DNA from: an uncultured Verrucomicrobiota bacterium
GTDB lineage: Bacteria; Verrucomicrobiota; Verrucomicrobiia; Limisphaerales; SXQI01
Assembly: GCA_964566945.1 (NCBI GenBank)
Contig: CAZMKE010000008.1
Span: 81,222 to 145,221 of the forward strand
Direction: 5' to 3'
Length of the DNA: 64,000 nucleotides
Shown here: positions 41,372 through 49,243 of the stretch, piece by piece
Position numbering within the stretch: the first letter of the stretch is position 1
Layout: each line of letters starts with the position of its first letter
The notes under the pieces: model-generated
Told to the model about the DNA's origin: nothing
What the model saw: the letters and a program-made list of their open reading frames with translations, nothing else
Database searches by the model: none
Translations under genes and position numbers: made by a program

Positions 41372-43459
41372 TTAATTACCACTTTGTCCGGAGCTGAGGC
41401 GCGTCCGAAAGAAGTTCGCGCTGGCGTCCGAATCGGTCGGCACGAGAAAGGTGGCAGACCAGGCATTCGTGAAACGGCCGACCGGAATCCAATGAGCGAG
41501 ATCCGACGATCGCTCGATCGCAAAGGGAAGACCCGAGTTATCGGCCGTGGTTACTTCCGCGAACTGGAGTCCCCCGCCCCCAGGAAACGATAGCCGCCCA
41601 AAACGCAAAGCGGGCGCCGTCACCGGAGTGAGCGTAAACTCGACGGAGCTTCCATACTGGGTCCGAGCAAAAGCGCCGATTTCAAACACGTCGTTGGTTC
41701 CGGCCTGGAAGACCAGCGGTTCCCACGTCGTGGTCGCCAGATAATTCTGCTCCGTCGGCTGTCCGGCTGGATAAATCACCACACGATTGTCAAAAACTCC
41801 AGACTTAAGAAATAAAGTCCAGAGGCCAGCCGCGGGCGCTTTCCACTCCCACCAGGCACTGCGAAAAAGGGCGCGATCCTGTTCCGGGAAAACCGGGTCC
41901 GGCGCCGGACTGGCCGCTTGCGTCGCACCGAACGTGCGCCCAAAGACGCGCACGCTTTCGGAGGCCAGCGAGACCCGGCCGCTGAAGGCGTCGTTGACCG
42001 GAGGAGGGGTGAACAGGAAGTTGAGATTGGTTGCCCCCTCGCTCCCACTGACGCCGTCCATGACCATCCAGAAGTCGTCTTTGGCGGCTTCCCAAATGAT
42101 GCCGTTGGTTCCCAAGATATTGGCGAGCGTCATTGTGGGAAGCGGACTCCCCTCGAGGAGAGACAACACCGGAGCGAAGTCGGGCAACGGATGCAGATCC
42201 ACGAAAGGCGCCAGACAGGGGGGGCCGTTGTATTGCGTGCCCGACCCGGTCTGATCGGTGGGCTCGCTGTGGGGCTCGTCGTAGCGCAAAGGAGGAGCGG
42301 TGGTGAGTTGAACGATGCCGTTTGTGGGAGCGGTCCAGCGAAACCAGACCGTGCTCGTGCCTGACCCCATCTCGCCGGAACGCTGGGTGGCGCCGAGGTT
42401 GGAAGCAACGAAGGAAAAATCTGTTCCCAGGAGCACCGTTGCAGCTTCCACCGTATCGTTCGGCGGGGCTGGGTTGAACACGAGTTCAAAATCGCCGGCG
42501 ACATCGGGCAAACTCGGAAACCGATCCACCTGAATGAAGTAAATCGTGCCCGGGCTGACGTGCCACCTTACCGAACGGCGGGCCACCGGCTCACTCTGAC
42601 AGGTGTTGCCGAACTCGGTGGCGGATGAAGCAATCATGTTCAGGGACTGAAACGCGCCGCGCCCGTAAACCCCGACGAGCGGACAGCCGATCGAGGGCGC
42701 GTTCGTGCCAAGGAAACGAATCTCTACGGAGCCGTAGCCAGGGGCTTGCCAGGTCCACCACACGGTGCGGTGCAGAACGGCATCACTGATCGCTGGCTCC
42801 CCTTCGTCTGCCGTCGCCGCCAAAAGATCCGCGTGAAAGGTAGCATTCGTCCCGACCAGCGCGATCGCCCGGCTGAAACGATCGTTGTCGGGGGCGGGCG
42901 CCTCGGGATAAGCGAAGCGAACCAACACTGGCAGATTGACGGTGGGTTGCGCCGGACCGGGCACGCCCAGGATCGGCCCGGCGGAAGGCGGAACGGCCGC
43001 TTCAAGCTGAATCAGATATTTCTGGCCCTGCCGAACCTGCAGCGAACCGCTCGAATCAAATTCCCAAGCCCCGTCTCTGGGCCTGCGGTAACTTTCACCG
43101 ATCAACTCAAGCCCGAATTCGCGGTCGACGAATACTCGGACCGCGACCGGACTCCCGCTGGGATCAGCGTTCCAAAGAAAGATTCCGTCGGCTGCGGCCT
43201 CCCAACTCCACCAGGCGGTCTTGCCGAGCCCGCCACTTGCGCTCGGTTCAAAATCCTGCCGCGTCGCCGCCCCCAGGTCTGCCTGAAGGGCGAAGCTTGC
43301 CCCTGCCACCGGAGTGGCGTTTTCCAGATTGTCATTAGCCGGCGGAATTGGAGGAACGCCTGGCTGAGCGCAAAGCGTAGCGGCGAGAAAAGCGAAGAAA
43401 ACTGCCACCGCCACCCGTCGGCCAAAAAATGGCGGACGCAAGCGGCCCAAGCAGGGCAA
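41372..43459 (-). CDS. secreted protein with four tandem ND-x-F...GEP...VWWxW beta-sandwich (PPC-like) modules and a C-terminal FFR tail
   Basis: It uses a TTG start with a signal-like RRVAVAVFFAFLAATLCAQ. Four repeats begin at ANDNLENATPV, PDNDRFSRAIAL, PPNDTVEAATVL and PVNDAFSGRVSL. Each continues with ...AT...GEP/GEM... then VWW/WWS/VWF-x-W-x-AP. Confidence 0.65.
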   Translation of the reverse strand: MPCLGRLRPPFFGRRVAVAVFFAFLAATLCAQPGVPPIPPANDNLENATPVAGASFALQADLGAATRQDFEPSASGGLGKTAWWSWEAAADGIFLWNADPSGSPVAVRVFVDREFGLELIGESYRRPRDGAWEFDSSGSLQVRQGQKYLIQLEAAVPPSAGPILGVPGPAQPTVNLPVLVRFAYPEAPAPDNDRFSRAIALVGTNATFHADLLAATADEGEPAISDAVLHRTVWWTWQAPGYGSVEIRFLGTNAPSIGCPLVGVYGRGAFQSLNMIASSATEFGNTCQSEPVARRSVRWHVSPGTIYFIQVDRFPSLPDVAGDFELVFNPAPPNDTVEAATVLLGTDFSFVASNLGATQRSGEMGSGTSTVWFRWTAPTNGIVQLTTAPPLRYDEPHSEPTDQTGSGTQYNGPPCLAPFVDLHPLPDFAPVLSLLEGSPLPTMTLANILGTNGIIWEAAKDDFWMVMDGVSGSEGATNLNFLFTPPPVNDAFSGRVSLASESVRVFGRTFGATQAASPAPDPVFPEQDRALFRSAWWEWKAPAAGLWTLFLKSGVFDNRVVIYPAGQPTEQNYLATTTWEPLVFQAGTNDVFEIGAFARTQYGSSVEFTLTPVTAPALRFGRLSFPGGGGLQFAEVTTADNSGLPFAIERSSDLAHWIPVGRFTNAWSATFLVPTDSDASANFFRTRLSSGQSGN

Positions 43460-43643
43460 CTTAAACCTTTTGCCAAGGCCCTTGAACTCCAGCGCGGTTC
43501 GAACAAAATCGTTTTTAATGGCGTGCCCTTCTCTCAGTTCGTCGGAAGCAATCCTCCGGCGCCTTTATAGTGAGAACGCCGGCCAAAGTCGAGTTTTCCG
43601 GCTTCGAGAATTTGGAGAAGGCTCGAAGGCGCGGGCGGGGCGC

Positions 43644-45098
43644 TTACTTCTCCGAGATACAATAGAGGGTCTGCTTGCCGCGGATGAACAGATCCTTCCC
43701 GGCCAGAGCCATCGAAGCATCCGTCTTCTCGTCGAGCTTGTTCGTCGCGAGGATTTCGAGTTTCGGGCCCTTCCTGATGATCACGCATTTGCCGTCGCGG
43801 CTCAAAAGGTAGACCCGGTCCCGGGCCGCAACCGGCGAGGCGTACACCTCTCGGATCTCGTCGAGCCTTTGCTGATCGTAGAGCGCCTCGCTCGTGCGCG
43901 CGTTCACGCAGCTGAGAATGCCGTTGTTCCCGGAAACGTAGTAAATCAGATCATCCACCAGCAAAGGCGAGGGCACGTAGGGAGTGCCCTTGTTGCGCGT
44001 CCAACGCACCGCGTCCGTGGCTGCGACGTCGCCACTGGCGCTGAGCTTGATGGCAAAAAGCGCCGAACCGCGAAAGCCGCTCGTGCAGTAAACGGTGTCC
44101 GCGTCCGCCACTGGACTCGGGATGGCGTTGGCAGTCTGACCAGCGCACGACCAAAGTTCCTTGCCCGTGGCCAAGTCGTAACTTCGCACCTTCCCGGTGG
44201 CGTTGACGACCACCTGGGGCTTTTGGTCCGGGGCCACAATCAATGGAGTGGACCAGGTGGTCGGCTCGTTGCGCGGAGTGCGCCAGAGTTCTTTTCCATC
44301 GCGCTTATCCAAAGCCACGATGAAATCATTGTCGGTTTCGTCATCCCAGTCCACCACCACTGTCTGACCGAACAAGGCCGGAGAAGCACCCTCGCCGAAC
44401 CCATTGCGGGTTTGCATGCGGCCGAGTTGCTTGGACCACTTGGGATTCCCCGCGAGATCGTAACAATAAAGGCCGTGGGAGCCGAAGAAGGCGAGCACTA
44501 CCTCACCATCTGTGACGGGCGACGCCGAGGCGTAGGTATTGTTCTGCTGGATGCCTTCATGCGGGACTTCCTCCCGCGCCACTTTTTGCCAGAGCACCTT
44601 CCCAGTTCCCCGATCCAGACAAAGGACAATGAACTGGTAGAGATCGGTGGGTCTCTCTTCCCGGCCAAATCCACTCGGGCCCCCGGGACCGCCCGGACCT
44701 CCGGGTCCACCAGGAGCACGACGGGGCCGGCCCTCGCCGCCCGGGGCGCCGTCGCGGGGCGGCTGGGGATCAGCGGGCTTTGCGTCTACAGCCTTCGCTC
44801 CAGAAGTTTTATCCTCGCTGGCTGGGCCGGCCGGTTTTGGCACTCGAACAGCAGTCAGAACAAAAACACGATCGCCCCATACTGCCGGGGTGGAGGAACT
44901 CTCGCCGGGGATGGCCGTCTTCCATTTTACGTTCGTGGTCTCGCTCCACTCAGTGGGCGGGTCCGCCTGCGGTGCGAAACCAGTGGCCAAAGGGCCGCGC
45001 CATTGCGGCCAGTTCTGGCGCGCATCCGCGGGATCAGGCGCTGCGGTAAGAGCGACAGCGATGGCGAATACCCCAACGCCTAAAGAGAGAATCTTCAT
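43644..45098 (-). CDS. PQQ-like beta-propeller repeat protein (BamB-like fold), secreted
   Basis: A signal peptide is followed by NWPQWRGPLATG, typical of PQQ_2-type propellers. The protein has repeated W/G blade motifs and a Pro/Gly insert, PGGPGGPGGPGGPSG. Confidence 0.75.
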   Translation of the reverse strand: MKILSLGVGVFAIAVALTAAPDPADARQNWPQWRGPLATGFAPQADPPTEWSETTNVKWKTAIPGESSSTPAVWGDRVFVLTAVRVPKPAGPASEDKTSGAKAVDAKPADPQPPRDGAPGGEGRPRRAPGGPGGPGGPGGPSGFGREERPTDLYQFIVLCLDRGTGKVLWQKVAREEVPHEGIQQNNTYASASPVTDGEVVLAFFGSHGLYCYDLAGNPKWSKQLGRMQTRNGFGEGASPALFGQTVVVDWDDETDNDFIVALDKRDGKELWRTPRNEPTTWSTPLIVAPDQKPQVVVNATGKVRSYDLATGKELWSCAGQTANAIPSPVADADTVYCTSGFRGSALFAIKLSASGDVAATDAVRWTRNKGTPYVPSPLLVDDLIYYVSGNNGILSCVNARTSEALYDQQRLDEIREVYASPVAARDRVYLLSRDGKCVIIRKGPKLEILATNKLDEKTDASMALAGKDLFIRGKQTLYCISEK

Positions 45099-45176
45099 GA
45101 GAATCGGTGCAAACCTCGTCGTATGTTTGAGAAAGTGACACGGGTCCCGCGCCAGAGGTTACACGAACTGGCAAAG

Positions 45177-47882
45177 CTACTCGCGCTGCTTGAGGGCATT
45201 CCCGGAAGGACGCTGCTGCCGCCCGGCCCAGTATTGGTTGAATCGGGCCCGGGCCGCCCAAGCCTCGATTTCGTCCCAGTTCACCTGGCGATTCGCCTCA
45301 GTCCCGTTCGACCGGTGCGCCAGACGAAATTCCCAGGCCGGCAGATCGCCCACTTGATCGAGCGCGCCGAGGATGCGGAGTGATTCGAAAGCGCAATAGG
45401 TGTCACGAGCATCGCCATGAACGTTAAACCTCCAGCTTTCCTCACTGTCAGGCGAAACGAAGTAACCGCGACCGCGATGCAACCTCAAGAGGGCACGAAC
45501 ACAGGCCTCGCGATCGACAAGGTCCAAACTGCCCAGAATTTCCAAGGCTGCCAACTGACAGTAGGTATCCTGGAGGAGCGGGCCGCCCGGTGCGTAGAAA
45601 AGGCCCGAAGCCTCACCCGCTTTGGGGAAACGATCGGTCCGGCCTGGAAGGACCTGGAGCGACGCTATTTTTTGACTTCGGTCCCTCCGCTCGATCAGAT
45701 CGAGGCAGCCCACATCCCGAAACCACTGCAATTGGGCCAGAGCCACAGGATCAATCTTCTCGACATAAGGGTCTCCAGCTTCCCGCGACTGGTAGCGCGG
45801 CAGAGGCCACGCCCAACCATTCGATTTCCGGGCCTCCAAAGAGGACCGGACACCACTTGCGTCCAGACCGATCTCATCGAGGTGAAGCCACCCGCTCGCG
45901 AGGCCCCGGGTCAGGGGCCAATTGTTGCCCAGATTGGACCAGGCCGGGGAAAGATGAGTGAAGTCGGCGCCGGACGATTTCAGGATCTCTCGTTGAACCA
46001 CCCGAAGGCTCTCCGGAGTGAAAAGGTCGCGCGCGGGCAAAACGACTGAGAAACTCAACTCATAGGACAGGCCGTTGCTCAACCGGACGCCGCTTGAACT
46101 GGCCAAGTCCGCCAGCGCGTCCCGGACTTCACTCTCGCTCAACTGCACCGCGCGCAAGCCAGAAAACCAAACCGGCCGAAAACTCAGCAAAGCCGATAGG
46201 ACGATCAGGACAAGCGCACAGGTCACGCTCAGGCGATGCTGCCAACGATTCGCGCCGCCCAAGGCTGGAGGAACCTTAAACACGTCCTGGTCGGGAGTTT
46301 GCCCCAACGCCTGCTCCGCCTGCGATCGCCGGCCCGCCCGAAGCTCATGCCAGGCCAGGCGAACCACCTCGCTCACCCTCTCCTCCAGTTCGGCGTCGGC
46401 CGACGCTTCACCGAGGAACTCCCTGATTTGACCGCTCTCCTTTGGCGCGAGGCGCGCCGTCACGTCTCCGCTCGGACTTAGCACAAGCGTTGAACCGCCG
46501 CTCCAGCCCCGGAACAAGGAGACCCCTCCGAGCGGCACGGAGCGAAAGCGAGGAAGAAGCAAGTTCAACTCGCTGCCGGACCAGCGCGCCTTTTCGATGA
46601 GCCAGAGGCCGCCCAGGAATCGCGCGAAGGCCACGAGATCGGCGCGCGCGAACCCGCTTGTTTCCTGACGGGTCGAGCCACTCTTTGGCAACTCCCTGGC
46701 GGCAGCCCTCAGAAACAGATTGTAATCCATTCGGAGAGGCCGATAGCGCCAGCCAAGAATCCCAGGGGCCATTCCCAGAGCGACAATGCCGGTCACGCTG
46801 GAAAGGGGCAGCCAGTGCAGGCTGACCCCGACAAGGGCCGTTGACATCAGAACGAGCGCGCCCACCGAGAGAAGGTGGAACGGATGGCGGATGACGGCCA
46901 ACTGACGGACCATCACCAACGCCATCGCGCCGCACCAAATCCCAAGACCAAGGTAAAAGGGGCGCACGCCAAACTGCGCGCTAAACCGGGGAATGACCCA
47001 GAGTGTAAGGGCGAACAGGGGAACAAACCATAAAAGGCGAGCACGGACGCCGGTCCGAAAAAGGCGGGCTCGAAAGCCGTCGGGATCACGAAAGTTCCGC
47101 GCCTCATTCCGGTTATGCAGCCAGGCGAGGAAGACCGTAGGCGCCAGCGGCAGCCAGGCGAGAGCGCCAGCGAGCCAGCCGATCGGCAAAACTTTCGCCA
47201 GAGCGCCAGTCAACGTCGCGCCGGCTCCCAAGGTTGCCGCTTTCGCGGTGGAGCCGGCCAGAATCCCGGCCATGACTGCAGGGACGAGCGACCGGGACGG
47301 CCGCAGTTTCTCCAGCGAGTCGGACAAAGCGTGTTCCATCTGCTCGCGCAACGCCGCCCTGGCCCGATGAAGGCGAACACGAAAGGCGGCTTCGGTGACG
47401 CCCAGGGCTTTCGCGGCTTCCTCGCCGCTTTTGCCCTCCACGTAAAAGAGCACCAGACACTCGCGATGACTGGCGGGCAGCGCCGCCAGAGCCTCCCGCA
47501 ACGTCTCCCCGGACACCGGTTCAGGCGGTTCGCCAGCTGCGGCCAGATCTGTTTGCTCCACCGCCCAGCGTTCCCGCCTTTCGAGTTCCCGGCGCTGGCG
47601 CAGCCCCAGGTTTATGGCGGTGTGGCGCGCGATGGAAGCGATCCAGCCCGCGAATTTTCGGCCATCGCCCAGTGACCACAATCGGCGGTAGCCTCGAATG
47701 AAAGCTTCCTGCGCAGCTTCTTCCGCGAGTGAAGCGTCGCCGAGCCGGCTCCAGGCGATCGCGAAGACGCGCTTTTCATGGCGCTTGACCAGATCCGCAT
47801 AGCGTTCGGCATCTCCGCAGCGAATAGCGGAGACTGCAGCGGCGTCGTCCTCGAACGTGTTATTGATTTCCGAATCCGTCAT
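45177..47882 (-). CDS. ECF sigma factor fused to a ~7-TM region and a C-terminal prenyltransferase/terpenoid-cyclase-repeat-like domain (901 aa)
   Basis: Residues 1-195 carry sigma2 (RVFAIAWSRLGDASLAEEAAQEAFIRGY) and sigma4 (LPASHRECLVLFYVEGKSGEEAAKALGVTEAAFRVRLHRAR). Six clustered TM helices follow, then a seventh at about aa 550-573. The last ~330 aa contain LLQDTYCQLAALEILG and DARDTYCAFESLRILG repeats. Confidence 0.8.
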   Translation of the reverse strand: MTDSEINNTFEDDAAAVSAIRCGDAERYADLVKRHEKRVFAIAWSRLGDASLAEEAAQEAFIRGYRRLWSLGDGRKFAGWIASIARHTAINLGLRQRRELERRERWAVEQTDLAAAGEPPEPVSGETLREALAALPASHRECLVLFYVEGKSGEEAAKALGVTEAAFRVRLHRARAALREQMEHALSDSLEKLRPSRSLVPAVMAGILAGSTAKAATLGAGATLTGALAKVLPIGWLAGALAWLPLAPTVFLAWLHNRNEARNFRDPDGFRARLFRTGVRARLLWFVPLFALTLWVIPRFSAQFGVRPFYLGLGIWCGAMALVMVRQLAVIRHPFHLLSVGALVLMSTALVGVSLHWLPLSSVTGIVALGMAPGILGWRYRPLRMDYNLFLRAAARELPKSGSTRQETSGFARADLVAFARFLGGLWLIEKARWSGSELNLLLPRFRSVPLGGVSLFRGWSGGSTLVLSPSGDVTARLAPKESGQIREFLGEASADAELEERVSEVVRLAWHELRAGRRSQAEQALGQTPDQDVFKVPPALGGANRWQHRLSVTCALVLIVLSALLSFRPVWFSGLRAVQLSESEVRDALADLASSSGVRLSNGLSYELSFSVVLPARDLFTPESLRVVQREILKSSGADFTHLSPAWSNLGNNWPLTRGLASGWLHLDEIGLDASGVRSSLEARKSNGWAWPLPRYQSREAGDPYVEKIDPVALAQLQWFRDVGCLDLIERRDRSQKIASLQVLPGRTDRFPKAGEASGLFYAPGGPLLQDTYCQLAALEILGSLDLVDREACVRALLRLHRGRGYFVSPDSEESWRFNVHGDARDTYCAFESLRILGALDQVGDLPAWEFRLAHRSNGTEANRQVNWDEIEAWAARARFNQYWAGRQQRPSGNALKQRE

Positions 47883-47934
47883 TCACCCCGAAAGACAGCA
47901 CGGCCGGCGGATTGTTACACGCCCATCAGGCTTG

Positions 47935-49089
47935 CTAATGCGGAAACACCTGGGCTGCTGTCTTCAAAAAGAGGTCCCGCGCGGCCCACTGGTCGCCACT
48001 CGTGCATTGGATCATGAAAATGGCCACCAAGCCGGTGGAAGGGTTGACCGAAAGGTCGGTTCCGTAGGCGCCATCGTGCCCGAACATTCCATTCCGCAAA
48101 TGGTAGCCCAGGCTGTAATTCACCTTCGTGGCCCCGGTCTGCTCCTTGCGCAATTCGTCCATGGCCACGTGGGAAAGGTAGCGCTTGCCCTCCAGTTCTC
48201 CGTCATTCGCGAGCATGAGCCCGTAGCGCAGGATGTCGTGCGTGGTCGAAAACAGCCCCCCGCCCGCTTCCGGAAAGCGATGCACGCGATCATTGTAAGG
48301 CTTGGTCAGAAAGAAGATGCCTCCCCGGGTGTAACCGGTCTTTTCCTGGTTCGGTCCATAGGCGCCCGCGAGTCGGGCGATCTGCGCTGCGGACGGCCAG
48401 AAGGTCGTCTCGGTCATGCCGAGCGGGTTAAAAAAGCGCTTTTGCAGAAACTCTTCATAAGGCAGGCCACTGACGATTTCGACGATGCGCGCGGCGATGT
48501 TCATGCCTTGATTGCCATAGGCGTATTTGTCCCCCGGCTGCCATTGCAGGGGTCCCGTCACCGAACTCAAGGCGCGGGCTTTCAACGGCGTGCTATCCAC
48601 CCCGGTGGCCTGCTGCAGCTCGGACGAGCCGGTCAGGCCGCTGGTATGGCTCAGCAGATGCCGCAAAGTCACCGGCCGAACCGGAGGTTTCAGCAGCATG
48701 TGAGACGCGTCCTTTTCTTCGACCACCATCCACTTGTCCAGCTGAGGAATAAAACGCGTGACCGGATCATCCAGGCTCACCTTGCCTTCGTCCGCCAGCA
48801 TCATGATCGAACCGCCGGCAAACATCTTCGTCATCGACGCGATCCAAAAAACGCTATCCTCGCTCATGAGAGTTTTTGCTTCCACGTCGGAGTAGCCCTC
48901 GACATTCCGGTAATGCACCCGGCCGGTCTTGTCCGCCACGATGGCAACAAAACCGGCGAGCTTGTAACTTTCAAGGTAAGGCCGCAGGGCGCCGGTGACT
49001 TCGGGGGAAGCGGGCGGTTCGCCAGCAGAAAGCAGAACTGTGGCGCCAAGGAGAAGTCTGGCGAGCGGACCAAGGAACCGGGGTTTCAT
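47935..49089 (-). CDS. serine hydrolase, beta-lactamase class C / PBP4*-like family
   Basis: It has the signal peptide MKPRFLGPLARLLLGATVLLSA and the S-x-x-K motif IASMTKMF. The Y-x-N equivalent is YGNQG. Confidence 0.82.
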   Translation of the reverse strand: MKPRFLGPLARLLLGATVLLSAGEPPASPEVTGALRPYLESYKLAGFVAIVADKTGRVHYRNVEGYSDVEAKTLMSEDSVFWIASMTKMFAGGSIMMLADEGKVSLDDPVTRFIPQLDKWMVVEEKDASHMLLKPPVRPVTLRHLLSHTSGLTGSSELQQATGVDSTPLKARALSSVTGPLQWQPGDKYAYGNQGMNIAARIVEIVSGLPYEEFLQKRFFNPLGMTETTFWPSAAQIARLAGAYGPNQEKTGYTRGGIFFLTKPYNDRVHRFPEAGGGLFSTTHDILRYGLMLANDGELEGKRYLSHVAMDELRKEQTGATKVNYSLGYHLRNGMFGHDGAYGTDLSVNPSTGLVAIFMIQCTSGDQWAARDLFLKTAAQVFPH

Positions 49090-49166
49090 CCGGACGATTC
49101 TGAAGGAAAGGCTGGAGGAATGCACCTGTTCTCGTTAAGCCCGATCGAAGAATTCCGGCCGCGGCG

Positions 49167-49205
49167 AAAAAAAAGAGCGGGCTCAGTCTTGCAACTAAGC
49201 CCGCT
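49167..49205 (-). terminator. rho-independent terminator downstream of the LamG/Big_2 gene
   Basis: The minus strand has the stem AGCGGGCT(t)AG / CT(c)AGCCCGCT, which is 11 positions with 1 mismatch, followed by CTTTTTTTT (a T8 run, seen as A8 at 49167-49174 on the plus strand). Confidence 0.8.
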
Positions 49206-49243
49206 GACTTCCAAGAGCGCTGGAACGCGCTGACCGACTCCGG

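Noticed and set aside
44650-44770. An imperfect 9-nt repeat DNA encoding PGGPGGPGGPGGPSG in the PQQ-like propeller gene, considered as a contingency (slippage) locus.
   Set aside because: The repeat units are not identical at the nucleotide level, so slipped-strand mispairing is unlikely. It is more likely a flexible Pro/Gly linker.
43470-45083. A 537-aa plus-strand ORF.
   Set aside because: It is antisense to the PQQ-like propeller gene. The minus frame has a signal peptide and the NWPQWRGP motif.
47857-49233. A 458-aa plus-strand ORF.
   Set aside because: It is antisense to the serine hydrolase gene, which has an SMTK active-site motif. The ORF composition is Arg/His/Gly-rich.
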